Of a DNA stretch of 32,000 nucleotides, positions 10,001-17,380 are shown piece after piece. This stretch comes from Nitrosococcus oceani ATCC 19707. GTDB lineage: Bacteria; Pseudomonadota; Gammaproteobacteria; Nitrosococcales; Nitrosococcaceae. Each line of letters opens with the position of its first letter. Positions within the stretch are counted from its first letter, which is position 1. The translations under genes were made by a program, and so were the position numbers. The notes below the pieces were generated by a model. That model was not told the origin of the DNA. It ran no database searches and saw only the letters and a program-made list of their open reading frames with translations. The DNA is taken from positions 900,001 to 932,000 of the forward strand of contig NC_007484.1 of the NCBI RefSeq assembly GCF_000012805.1, in the 5' to 3' direction.

Positions 10001-10367
10001 GGAGCGTCGGAAAAAGCATTCGCCGCTGCGGGACGTAGCGGGTATGTTGCGATCATTTAACTATGCTGCTGTCGTAGCTCTGCGCCATTGTACGGCAGAA
10101 CGTCCTGAAGATCAGGTTTTACTCATGCCACTACTACATGCTTGGGAGCAGCAGGCGAGGGAGTATTTTCTAACTGGCTACCGGGAGGGGATGAGGGATT
10201 GTCCTTCTTATCCTGTAGACTCGGAACAGGCTCACGACTTGATCACGCTATTTACTTTGGAAAAGGCACTGTACGAACTCCGTTACGAGCTCGACAATCG
10301 GCCAGCATGGGTGGAGGTACCCCTTAGGGGATTGCTTGCGTTTTTGGAAGAGGATGAGCAGAAATAA
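7053..10367 (+). CDS. treS: Trehalose synthase (maltose alpha-D-glucosyltransferase) fused to maltokinase (TreS-Pep2, 1104 aa)
   Basis: The N-terminal GH13 domain has DGLRLDAIPYL, FLAEANQWPED and FLRNHDELTLEMV. The C-terminal ~450 aa is aminoglycoside-phosphotransferase-like with YHGDYHLGQVLV and LVIIDFEGEP. GGAG SD lies 5 nt before the ATG, and the gene starts 13 nt after the glgE stop. Confidence 0.92.
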   Translation: MNPRGEELAWQDDPLWYKDAIIYQLHVRAFFDSNNDGTGDFRGLTQKLDYIQDLGVNAIWLLPFYPSPLRDDGYDIADYRNIYPDYGTRRDVRHFVREAHRRGLKVITELVINHTSDQHPWFQAARRAPPGSAKRDFYVWSDTDQKFPETRIIFTDTETSNWAWDPVAKAYYWHRFFSHQPDLNHNNPQVVRAVIRVMRFWLDMGVDGLRLDAIPYLCVREGTHNENLPESHEVLKEMRAVVDEHYQGRMFLAEANQWPEDVREYFGDGDECHMAYHFPLMPRMYMAIAQEDRHPITEIMNQTPDIPQTCQWAIFLRNHDELTLEMVTDKERDYMYQSYAANPRMRVNVGIRRRLAPLMDNDLDKIRLMNSLLFSMPGSPIIYYGDEIGMGDNIYLGDRNSVRTPMQWSPDRNAGFSKTDPQRLFLPPIMDPIYGYEGVNVEAQSRAPSSLLNWMKRLLAVRKSIKTFGRGTLAFLRPGNRKILAYVREWEGEAILCVANLSRCAQPVELDLSRFEGRVPLELMGHTPFPPIGELPYLLTLPGHGFYWFRLAMDVAEPAWHEQRSPPAELPVLVLFDGWDSLFPERVDPSRQRMAEKLGRQLEQALGDFLLAQRWFAAKGEKIERIALEQMEELGNWLLARVRVEFTESEAQSYFIPLAIAWGEGDEEPIRRLLPATIAKIRRQARLGILYDALEDINFSQALVMAMGQHREILFGAGRLKFSPTTAFEKLVYSASLEQLRRPAVEGTNSTLILDNRLFLKIYRYLEEGINSEREIGYFLTEISPFPHIAPLAGTLEYISPKEKVITLALLQGFVSNQGDAWAYTVAYLERFLEHCLAKPLEEVATELDKNHEDYLRKITLLGRRTGELHQALAKETGNPAFDPEPIVSADLISWRKRLEADIECTFKKLAQRKNTFPESLRNDVEWFLRSGEILRQRLCLNSSILQTVKTRYHGDYHLGQVLVAEDDLVIIDFEGEPARPLRERRKKHSPLRDVAGMLRSFNYAAVVALRHCTAERPEDQVLLMPLLHAWEQQAREYFLTGYREGMRDCPSYPVDSEQAHDLITLFTLEKALYELRYELDNRPAWVEVPLRGLLAFLEEDEQK

Positions 10368-10403
10368 TTTTTTCCAGACTTGCCCTTAACTTCAAGAGTT
10401 TAT

Positions 10404-10796
10404 TTATTCAATAGGAATGAGTTCGAAACCAACCACTTCAGCCTCTCCTGAGCCAATGTTTTCCAGGGTCATCGGGAGCCCGGACTCCCAAAACGCTTGG
10501 CCTGCTTGATAGGTATGGGTTTCTCCTCCCTCGGTAATTTTCACCTTGCCCTTGATGACATAGCGTGGTCCTGGACCCTTATGGGTATGTTCCGGGGTCT
10601 TGAAGCCAACCGGAAACTGGGTGCGGTGAACCATGATCGTGGCCTCTTGCGATGGAAGTGTTACCGTTTCTTCCAACAGGGAGGCGAGAGAAGGCTTTTC
10701 CCGATCCTGGGCAGCAATGGCAAGCGAGTAGAAACTGGAAAGCAGAAAAATTGCGGCAGTGGAGTAAAAAAAGGATCGAATTCGCACGGGTGTCAT
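10404..10796 (-). CDS. Secreted cupin-domain protein (130 aa from ATG 10796)
   Basis: Strong AAGGAGA SD upstream of ATG 10796. The N-terminus MTPVRIRSFFYSTAAIFLLSSFYSLAIAAQD looks like a signal peptide. The cupin barrel stretch is PEHTHKGPGPRYVIKGKVKITEGGETHTYQAGQAFWE. The 28-codon upstream extension in the track (to 10880) has no SD. Confidence 0.7.
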   Translation of the reverse strand: MTPVRIRSFFYSTAAIFLLSSFYSLAIAAQDREKPSLASLLEETVTLPSQEATIMVHRTQFPVGFKTPEHTHKGPGPRYVIKGKVKITEGGETHTYQAGQAFWESGLPMTLENIGSGEAEVVGFELIPIE

Positions 10797-10885
10797 CAGC
10801 TCTCTCCTTATAATCTCGTTTAAGTCTAGAACAAAATCAGAAGGCAGTGGTAGCCAAAACCTATGATGACTACCACCCAATTATC

Positions 10886-11137
10886 TTACATGAATTCGCT
10901 ATTTTCTATTTGACCGCTAGCATTAAGTACTAGCCGCATTTTTCCATAGCAGGAAACTCGACCGGCAACACAACCGGACCCCTCCATAACGACTTCGTCA
11001 AAAGTCACATTAACGATCGCGTGATTATCGGCTTGCTCCATAAGCTCGTAATGCAGAGTTTCGTTATCTATCCACCCATTTTGGCTACAAAGCTGCGCTA
11101 ATTTAGGTGTGCTTTTCAAGTATTCATCAATACCCAT
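10886..11137 (-). CDS. Hypothetical small cytosolic protein (83 aa), no family recognised
   Basis: AGGAGA SD about 6 nt upstream of ATG 11137. Same strand as the cupin gene and 89 nt upstream of it. Nothing in the sequence looks like a non-coding frame. No motif I can name. Confidence 0.5.
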   Translation of the reverse strand: MGIDEYLKSTPKLAQLCSQNGWIDNETLHYELMEQADNHAIVNVTFDEVVMEGSGCVAGRVSCYGKMRLVLNASGQIENSEFM

Positions 11138-11167
11138 GGGAATCTCCTGGTTTTTTTGAGTTTACTT

Positions 11168-11197
11168 AAATCGCTATCTTTATATTCTAAGCGATTT
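11168..11197. repeat. 8-bp inverted repeat AAATCGCT-N14-AGCGATTT just upstream of the 83-aa gene
   Basis: The arms at 11168-11175 and 11190-11197 are exact reverse complements. The repeat lies 31 nt upstream of ATG 11137 on the minus strand. It is a candidate operator. Confidence 0.7.
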
Positions 11198-11236
11198 TTC
11201 TATGATTTTAATAATTATTAGTAATCTATTTTTCCT

Positions 11237-11256
11237 GCCTATGCAACCCTATGCAA
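11237..11256. repeat. Perfect tandem duplication (CCTATGCAAC)x2 in the divergent intergenic region
   Basis: Read directly. 11237-11246 and 11247-11256 are identical 10-mers. Confidence 0.9.
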
Positions 11257-11357
11257 CTAGCGAAGATGGGTATGGAGCTTAAATAAGGGGCTGTGTTAGT
11301 GCCGCACTGGAGTTTAGTAAACTGTTTCTCTTAACTGCAAAGGGCTAGCTGTTAGGT

Positions 11358-11384
11358 TAAGAATTTTACGATCTTGGTCGATAC
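11358..11384 (+). promoter_or_regulatory. Candidate sigma-28 (FliA) promoter for the stator operon: TAAGAATT-N11-GTCGATAC
   Basis: Compared with the enteric consensus TAAAGTTT-N11-GCCGATAA. The spacing is exact, with 5/8 and 6/8 matches. It sits about 65 nt upstream of the pomA start. Stator genes are late flagellar genes in the systems studied. Confidence 0.35.
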
Positions 11385-11448
11385 TCCTCCTGAGTTATGC
11401 GGGCATTTTCTCGCTATGCTTGTTTAATAATAACGGAGAGATATCGGC

Positions 11449-12219
11449 GTGGATTTAGCTACCTTGCTTGGCTTGATTGGCAGCTTTGGGGTTGTGGGGG
11501 GGGCTATTTTACTGGGCTCCAGCGTTCTGGTTTTTTTCAATCCGCCCTCCCTTTTAATTGTATTAGGGGGTACCACGGCTGTGGTGCTCATGAAGTTCTC
11601 CTTCAGCCAGTTTCTGGGATCTTTTAAAGTGGGTATGAAGGCTTTTTTGCATAAGCCTGAGAAGCCGGAAGAAATTATTAAGCAGGCAGTAGATATGGCC
11701 GGCACCGCCAGGAAGGAGGGGCTGCTGGCTTTAGAGGGCTGGGAGATTAAAAATGAATTCATGAAAAAGGGTGTCACTTTGTTGGTCGATGGCCATGATC
11801 CTGAGATAGTGCGCCGGGTGTTGATGACTGAGTTACGGCAAACCCTAAGCCGCCATGAACTGGGGCAGAAAATTTTTAAGGCGATTGGTGATGTGGCGCC
11901 AGCCATGGGGATGATTGGCACGCTGATTGGCTTAGTGCAAATGCTCTCTTCCATGGATGATCCAAAAAAAATTGGTCCGGCTATGGCGGTTGCGCTGCTT
12001 ACCACCCTTTATGGGGCAATGATTGCCAATATGGTGGCTCTTCCCTTTGCCGATAAACTTGCTCTTCGGAGCAATGAAGAACGGCTTAATCGTTCCATAA
12101 TTATTGAAAGCATACTTTCTATCCAACAAGGTCATAATCCGCGGGTGTTGGAAGAATTACTGCTGACTTTTATGCCCGGTTCTAAGCGTAATAATAGCCA
12201 TGGAGAAAAAGAAAGGTAA
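11449..12219 (+). CDS. pomA: Flagellar stator protein, MotA/PomA family (256 aa, GTG start)
   Basis: Four-TM MotA/TolQ/ExbB channel architecture with GDVAPAMGMIGTLIGLVQML and AVALLTTLYGAMIANMVALPFADKL. The size matches PomA/MotC-type stators. Confidence 0.88.
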   Translation: MDLATLLGLIGSFGVVGGAILLGSSVLVFFNPPSLLIVLGGTTAVVLMKFSFSQFLGSFKVGMKAFLHKPEKPEEIIKQAVDMAGTARKEGLLALEGWEIKNEFMKKGVTLLVDGHDPEIVRRVLMTELRQTLSRHELGQKIFKAIGDVAPAMGMIGTLIGLVQMLSSMDDPKKIGPAMAVALLTTLYGAMIANMVALPFADKLALRSNEERLNRSIIIESILSIQQGHNPRVLEELLLTFMPGSKRNNSHGEKER

Positions 12220-12228
12220 CCGACGAAG

Positions 12229-13071
12229 ATGGAGCAGGACTGGGTTGCTGCCGAGGATGAATCACAGGAGGAAAGGACGGGGGCTCCGGCATGGGTCATT
12301 ACCCTAGCTGATTTGATGTCCCTATTAATGAGTTTCTTTGTGCTGCTTTTATCCTTTTCAGAAATGGATGTACTCAAATACAAACAGGTTGCCGGTTCCA
12401 TGAAGTTCGCCTTTGGGGTGCAGCGGGAGATTAAAGTCAAAGAGCCTCCTAAGGGTACGAGTATTATCGCCCAGGAATTTAGCCCTGGCCGCCCCCGCCC
12501 TACTCCCTGGAATGAGATTCGCCAGGATACCATTGATGAAACCAAACAAACGCTGGATTTCTCTGATGCGCCTACCCAGGATACGGAAGCGGAGGTGGCT
12601 GAGCTTCAAGATAAGCTCCAGCATGAAATCGATGAGGGCTTAATCACTATAGAAACAATTAAGGATCGAATCATTATTCGTATTCGAGAAAAGGGTTCTT
12701 TCCCCTCCGGAAGTGCTATTTTTAGTCAGGAATTTAAACCAGCTTTAGATAAGATTCGCGCTATCCTAAAAAAAATAGAGGGTAAACTTATTGTGGCAGG
12801 GCATACGGATAATATGCCTATTCAGACCACCCGCTTTCGCTCTAATTGGGAATTATCTACCGCCCGGGCTGTTTCTGTGGTTCATTATCTTTTGGCTACC
12901 CATGAAATCTCTCCTCGACGATTTGTGCTTGAGGGTTATGCCGATACCCAGCCGCTTGCGCCTAATGAGAATGCGGCTAACCGGGCCCGTAATCGACGGA
13001 TAGAAATTACCGTTCTTCCTGGCGAGGGCCAAGATGGCGAATGGCGCTCAATACGAGATTTTGATGGCTAA
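12229..13071 (+). CDS. pomB: Flagellar stator protein, MotB/PomB family, with an OmpA-like peptidoglycan-binding domain (280 aa)
   Basis: The TM segment carries the conserved channel Asp (ITLADLMSLLMSFFVLLLSFSEMDVLKYKQVAGSMKFAFGVQ...KGTSIIAQEFSPGRPRPTP). This closely resembles what I recall of the Vibrio PomB N-terminal region. C-terminal OmpA-like motifs: GHTDN, SNWELSTARA, NRRIEI. The gene starts 9 nt after pomA. Confidence 0.88.
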   Translation: MEQDWVAAEDESQEERTGAPAWVITLADLMSLLMSFFVLLLSFSEMDVLKYKQVAGSMKFAFGVQREIKVKEPPKGTSIIAQEFSPGRPRPTPWNEIRQDTIDETKQTLDFSDAPTQDTEAEVAELQDKLQHEIDEGLITIETIKDRIIIRIREKGSFPSGSAIFSQEFKPALDKIRAILKKIEGKLIVAGHTDNMPIQTTRFRSNWELSTARAVSVVHYLLATHEISPRRFVLEGYADTQPLAPNENAANRARNRRIEITVLPGEGQDGEWRSIRDFDG

Positions 13072-13084
13072 GCCAGCGTTTAGT

Positions 13085-13855
13085 TTAGTGCCGGTGTACC
13101 ATCCTTACTAAGGGGTTAGGGCAGTTCATACGGGTAAGTACCACTCGGTCAAAATGATCTGTGAGGCTTAGGGCTATCTTCGCGGCCGCCGCTCCTTGTG
13201 TTTCCCATGTTGGACCATCGATCATATTGATGAGGGGAACGATTTTAACTTTTCTCCCCCCTTTCAGTTGCTCTGCAGAGTTGGCTAAGAGTCTTGCTAA
13301 GTGAACGGGTTTTAGGATTTCGCCCACTTTAATTCTGATAATGGTTTGAATTCTTTCTGCCTGACAGGCAATATCTTCAGACAAAGGCTGGCCAAGGGCA
13401 AGTGCGGAAAGCACAGGAATTACATGGGTTACTTGTTCTGGGATCGCTATTTTTTCCCTACCTGGAGCTTTGATCCAGCAGCCCTGTGCTGTATCAGCAT
13501 TTACTAAACTGATATCAAAACCTGCTTGACGATGGATCATTGCCACTAGAGGGGGAGGGATACCGTCTAAGTACCCCTTTTTTACGGAAGGCTGAGTATA
13601 AGCAATCAGCCGGTGGGTCTTGGCTGCCGTGCTTACCAGGGTAAGTAGTAGCTTTTCCTCGGTAATGACTTGATAAGCAGAAACTTTGTCTGGGAAGGGG
13701 GGGATAGGGGTAGTCGAAGTAATTCCTACCCGGCCTGGGTGGAGCATCGCTAAGCGATAGAGAATAGTTTTTTTGCCTCCCGCGCCCGTTAAACAAACGA
13801 TGCCGCGCTCAATTTCTAGGGCGTTTAACAGTGAGTTAGATTCGCTGATTATCAT
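13085..13855 (-). CDS. YqeC-like protein (putative selenium-dependent molybdenum hydroxylase accessory protein family), divergent
   Basis: 256 aa, the same length class as E. coli YqeC. It has an N-terminal P-loop-like CLTGAGGKKT, then VGITSTTPIPPFP, then NADTAQGCWIKAPGREKIAIPEQVTHVIPVLSALALGQPL. This follows the pattern I recall for the family (GGGGKTT ... TTTT ... ADGA..lKAP..hEPviP...vvG..alGkPl). Assignment is from memory only. Confidence 0.5.
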   Translation of the reverse strand: MIISESNSLLNALEIERGIVCLTGAGGKKTILYRLAMLHPGRVGITSTTPIPPFPDKVSAYQVITEEKLLLTLVSTAAKTHRLIAYTQPSVKKGYLDGIPPPLVAMIHRQAGFDISLVNADTAQGCWIKAPGREKIAIPEQVTHVIPVLSALALGQPLSEDIACQAERIQTIIRIKVGEILKPVHLARLLANSAEQLKGGRKVKIVPLINMIDGPTWETQGAAAAKIALSLTDHFDRVVLTRMNCPNPLVRMVHRH

Positions 13856-14188
13856 GCTTTTATTACTGCGGTTTTCACCGCCAGTATGGGGAAGAGTCCT
13901 AAATTTTACTCGTCGCTGCTATGGCTTTAGCATATTGAGTTCTTTATGTGAGTCGAATAAGGTGTAAGGCTTAAACTCCATGTTGCTGGAGCCTAGGAGA
14001 ATTCTCATAGGGGACGATTTTAGGGGTGTATGTTTGTGGACAATTAAAAGATCCATCCTTTTGTGATGGTTCTCATAAAGGGACTGGGTTTATATTTCAA
14101 TGAAGTTTACTTTATCTAAATAGAAAATGGTGATTTTGCGCGGTTGCAAGCATGGGAGTCACAAGCCTTGTTATGGAGGAAGAGGGTG

Positions 14189-14380
14189 ATGGGAGAGATG
14201 AGTGCCTGGGAAATGGTTTTGGTTGGTGTAATAGCGATCTTAGTTATCCTATGGTTTCGTCCAGGGATTAGAACCGCCTTGCAATACGGAAAGGAGGCGG
14301 AGGAGAGGGACTGGCGTGGATTCTTGCTCCCTCTTGCCTTCGTCGTGCTGTTTGTGATAATGCTGCTTGCGATCGCTTAA
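14189..14380 (+). CDS. Hypothetical small membrane protein (63 aa, two predicted TM helices)
   Basis: GGAGGA SD 8 nt upstream of ATG 14189. Two hydrophobic helices (WEMVLVGVIAILVILWF and FLLPLAFVVLFVIMLLAIA) flank a charged loop. The track ORF starts at an upstream TTG (14144). Confidence 0.4.
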   Translation: MGEMSAWEMVLVGVIAILVILWFRPGIRTALQYGKEAEERDWRGFLLPLAFVVLFVIMLLAIA

Positions 14381-14395
14381 GAGCCATCCAGAAGG

Positions 14396-15187
14396 CTACC
14401 AATACCTTTCTACAGAGATTTGCCCAGGGTCCCGGCGGCGATTCTCCTTAAGGCCCCGCTCTTTGAGTAAGGCCGTGGCATCCCGAACCATATCCGGATT
14501 GCCGCAGATCATTACCTGGGATGACTTTGCCTCAATGGTGAGTCCCGTGCGCTCCGCCATACGGCCATCAGCAATAGCTGCGGTAATACGCCCACGGATA
14601 GCGCCTTTATAATCTTCCCGGCTGACGAGGGGAATCATGGTAAATTGTTGGGGATGCTGGTCGCGAAGGTTCTGAATAAGATCCTGATAGACGAGTTCCT
14701 CCGCCGTGCGTACGGAATGGACTAAAATAATCCGAGAAAAGCGCTGCCAGGGTTCCTGGGTTTTGAGAATGGACAGAAAGGGTCCAATCGCGGTTCCCGT
14801 TGATAGCATCCAGAGGTTGTTGGCGGTCTGGACTTGGGAAAGAGTAAGGAATCCAGCGGCTTTACGAAAAACCCAAACGGTATCGTTCGGCTCTAGTTGA
14901 GCGAGACGGTTTGATAGGGGACCATCTGGAACTCTAATAGAATAAAATTCCAAACGGGTTTCTTGGGGCATGTTAACAAAAGAATAGGACCGTGCTACCA
15001 ATTCATTGTCAATGACCAAACCTAGACGGCCAAATTGCCCGGCCTCGAAGGAGTTTATCGGGGCTTCCACCTGGAGGGAATAAAGCTGCTCGGTCCAGTG
15101 GCGATTAGCGATGACTCGGCCTTCAACCCACTTACTGGGATCTACCAAGGTTTCTATTTTTGGTGTTTCTGCGATTGGTGTAGACAT
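14396..15187 (-). CDS. fpr: Ferredoxin/flavodoxin-NADP+ reductase (bacterial Fpr type)
   Basis: FAD motif ARSYSF, NADP motif MLSTGTAIGPF, MICGNPDM, and the C-terminal ...SVERYW aromatic terminus typical of E. coli-type Fpr. The start is placed at ATG 15187 (MSTPIAE). The track ORF extends 12 codons to 15223. Confidence 0.87.
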   Translation of the reverse strand: MSTPIAETPKIETLVDPSKWVEGRVIANRHWTEQLYSLQVEAPINSFEAGQFGRLGLVIDNELVARSYSFVNMPQETRLEFYSIRVPDGPLSNRLAQLEPNDTVWVFRKAAGFLTLSQVQTANNLWMLSTGTAIGPFLSILKTQEPWQRFSRIILVHSVRTAEELVYQDLIQNLRDQHPQQFTMIPLVSREDYKGAIRGRITAAIADGRMAERTGLTIEAKSSQVMICGNPDMVRDATALLKERGLKENRRRDPGQISVERYW

Positions 15188-15291
15188 AGCATCTATTATT
15201 ACCCGCAATGCTATCAAGTTCAATCTCTTTAGAAGGCTGCCTTTGTTGGCAGAATAGCTGTATGGCTATTGACTAGAAGAGCGGTCTGCGC

Positions 15292-15573
15292 TTATTCCCT
15301 GACTTCTACGCCGTGCCAGAAAGCCAGGTAATTTTTAATGTGCGCTGCTGCTTTTTTCGGCGCTGGGTAATACCAAGCAGCATCAGCATTGAGCTGGTCG
15401 CCAACGATAATATGGTAATAGCTGGCTTTTCCTTTCCACGGGCAAATTGTGTGCTTATCGCTGCCGCGAAAATACTCTTTGTTGATGGAATCCGGTGGAA
15501 AATAATGGTTATTTTCTACCACCGCAGTTTTTTCGCTTTCGGCTAAGGTAGCGCCTTTCCAGACAGCTTTCAT
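15292..15573 (-). CDS. DUF427 domain protein (93 aa)
   Basis: Family-like pattern: VVENNHYFPPDSI, TICPWKGKASYY, ADAAWYYPAPKKAAAHIKNYLAFW. Confidence 0.72.
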   Translation of the reverse strand: MKAVWKGATLAESEKTAVVENNHYFPPDSINKEYFRGSDKHTICPWKGKASYYHIIVGDQLNADAAWYYPAPKKAAAHIKNYLAFWHGVEVRE

Positions 15574-15601
15574 AGGGGCCTCCCGATATAATCATCAATG
15601 C

Positions 15602-16597
15602 TTAAATTATACTTTTTTCCAAGGTCCGCTTTAGCAACAACCACATAAAAAAAGGCCCGCCGAGGAGGGCGGTAATAACGCCTACCGGGATTTCTGCCGG
15701 AGCAATCAAATTGCGAGCCAAAGTATCGCATAGGACGAGAAAACTTCCTCCAAAAAGCAAGGTGGCGGGCGCTAGAAAGCGGTGATCAGCGCCTACCAAT
15801 AGGCGGCAGATATGGGGAACCATCATCCCTACGAACCCGATGGGACCGCAGATAGCGACGATCCCTCCTACTGTGAGAGAAGTCACGAAAAACAGCAGGC
15901 TACGTATTCTACGGACATTTAGGCCCCGGCTGGCGGCAAGCAGTTCTCCCGTCGCCAAGAGGTTGAGTTCCTGGCTGAGTAACAGGATAACAAAGGTGCC
16001 GCCGATGACAAAAGGCAATATTTCAAAGACAGCCTCAATGCCTATGATACTGAGGCTTCCCATTAACCAACGGAGAATGTGGAAAGATTGGGTGAAATCA
16101 CTCAGATATTGAATAAAAAGGATGAGACTGGAGAAAAAGAAGCTAATCGCCACGCCAGCGAGAAGTATACTAGCGGCGGAGAAACCCCGGCTTACTTGGG
16201 TAAGACCGTAGACGAGCAGGATTGCTCCCAGCGCGCCGGCGAATGCAGATAGTGACAAGCCTGAAATGTTAAATAGGGCGAAGCTTAGACCCAAGCGCAG
16301 ATAGAGGGCTGCGCCCAGGGCAGCTCCGCTCGCGACTCCTAGGGTAAAGGGGGTAGCTAACGGATTACGAAATAGGGCCTGAAAACTCATGCCACTGACG
16401 GCGAGGCCCGCGCCCGCAAGAAAGGCGGCCATCACTCGCGGTACTCGCAGATTCCAGAAAATTTCCGCTTCTATGTTACCTGCCGTGGATTCGAGAATAG
16501 TTTTAACAGGGATGGGATGTAGGCCCAAAAAGGGAGCGCTGCTAAGTACGCCGATTGCCAATAAAGCGAGCAGACCTAAGGTGGCAGCAGGTTTCAT
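15602..16597 (-). CDS. ABC importer permease, FecCD/BtuC family (331 aa)
   Basis: Polytopic membrane protein with FecCD-type stretches: LRVPRVMAAFLAGAGLAVSGMSFQALFRNPLATPFTLGVASGAALG and GPIGFVGMMVPHICRLLVGADHR. It starts immediately after the ATPase stop, with a 0-nt gap. Confidence 0.9.
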   Translation of the reverse strand: MKPAATLGLLALLAIGVLSSAPFLGLHPIPVKTILESTAGNIEAEIFWNLRVPRVMAAFLAGAGLAVSGMSFQALFRNPLATPFTLGVASGAALGAALYLRLGLSFALFNISGLSLSAFAGALGAILLVYGLTQVSRGFSAASILLAGVAISFFFSSLILFIQYLSDFTQSFHILRWLMGSLSIIGIEAVFEILPFVIGGTFVILLLSQELNLLATGELLAASRGLNVRRIRSLLFFVTSLTVGGIVAICGPIGFVGMMVPHICRLLVGADHRFLAPATLLFGGSFLVLCDTLARNLIAPAEIPVGVITALLGGPFFMWLLLKRTLEKSII

Positions 16598-17380
16598 CTA
16601 TTGGTTTTGAGCTATGGCAATGGGATGCCCTGTTTGTGGATGATGCGTAAACAGAAAGCGCTGCTGGTAAATGATTTCCAATATTCGGTTATCCGCAAAC
16701 GCCTCTGGGGTCCCATTGAAAACTAAGGTACCTTCCTTAAGGGCGATAATGCGGGTGCTATAGGCGATGGCGGCATTGATATCGTGCGTGACGGTAAGGA
16801 GGGTGATTCCATGCTCACGGTTGAGTTGATCTAACAGGCACTGGATGTCTACCTGGTGTCGGGGATCAAGGAAAGCCATGGGTTCATCCAGGAGAAGGAT
16901 GCTACCTTCTTGAACCAAACTGGCTGCAATAAGTACCTTTTGCCGTTCGCCGGCGCTTAAAGTATCCAGAAGGCGATCCATGAAGGGGCGAGTTCCGGTG
17001 AGCGCCAGGGCCCAGTCTGCAATTCGGTAGTCTTCAGGGCTTAAAATGGAAAAGGGACTCAGGTGAGGATAGCGCCCCATCAGTACAAATTCTTTCACCG
17101 TAAATGGAATACTTTGGCCATCCAGTTGAGGGACATAGGCCAGGGTCCGGGCCAATTCTTTTTGACTGTAGTCGGCAATTTTCCGGCCCAGCAGTTTAAT
17201 GCTCCCGCTACCGTGGAAGAGGCGGAGCAGGCATTTAAGGAAGGTGGTTTTGCCTGCTCCATTGGGGCCGACGATAGCGAGCCGTTCTCCCTGGGCAATT
17301 GCTAATGAAATGTCCTGGAGGATAGTTTTTCCATTTAGGAACAAGAAAAGATCCTCGATTTCGAGGGCGGTACTGTTCAT
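16598..17380 (-). CDS. ABC importer ATP-binding protein (FecE/BtuD-like, 260 aa)
   Basis: Walker A GPNGAGKTT, signature LSAGERQKV, Walker B ILLLDEP, H-loop TVTHD. ATGA start/stop overlap with the upstream SBP gene. Confidence 0.92.
   Translation of the reverse strand: MNSTALEIEDLFLFLNGKTILQDISLAIAQGERLAIVGPNGAGKTTFLKCLLRLFHGSGSIKLLGRKIADYSQKELARTLAYVPQLDGQSIPFTVKEFVLMGRYPHLSPFSILSPEDYRIADWALALTGTRPFMDRLLDTLSAGERQKVLIAASLVQEGSILLLDEPMAFLDPRHQVDIQCLLDQLNREHGITLLTVTHDINAAIAYSTRIIALKEGTLVFNGTPEAFADNRILEIIYQQRFLFTHHPQTGHPIAIAQNQ

Noticed and set aside
10415-10432. GAGTTCGAAACC, a string resembling a tRNA T-arm
   Set aside because: It lies inside the cupin coding sequence. No acceptor or anticodon arms can be drawn around it.
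11424-12005. 193-aa ORF on the minus strand
   Set aside because: It lies entirely antisense to the well-supported pomA gene. It has no recognisable motif and a low-complexity composition typical of the antisense frame of a real gene.
12132-12545. 137-aa minus-strand ORF spanning the pomA/pomB junction
   Set aside because: It is antisense to two strongly supported stator genes. It has no SD and no family resemblance.
11449-13071. MotAB homologues considered as a Zorya-like anti-phage module
   Set aside because: The MotA homologue has normal stator length (256 aa) with no long ZorA-type tail. No ZorC, ZorD or ZorE-like genes are adjacent. The sequence is close to bona fide PomAB, and a sigma-28-like promoter is present.
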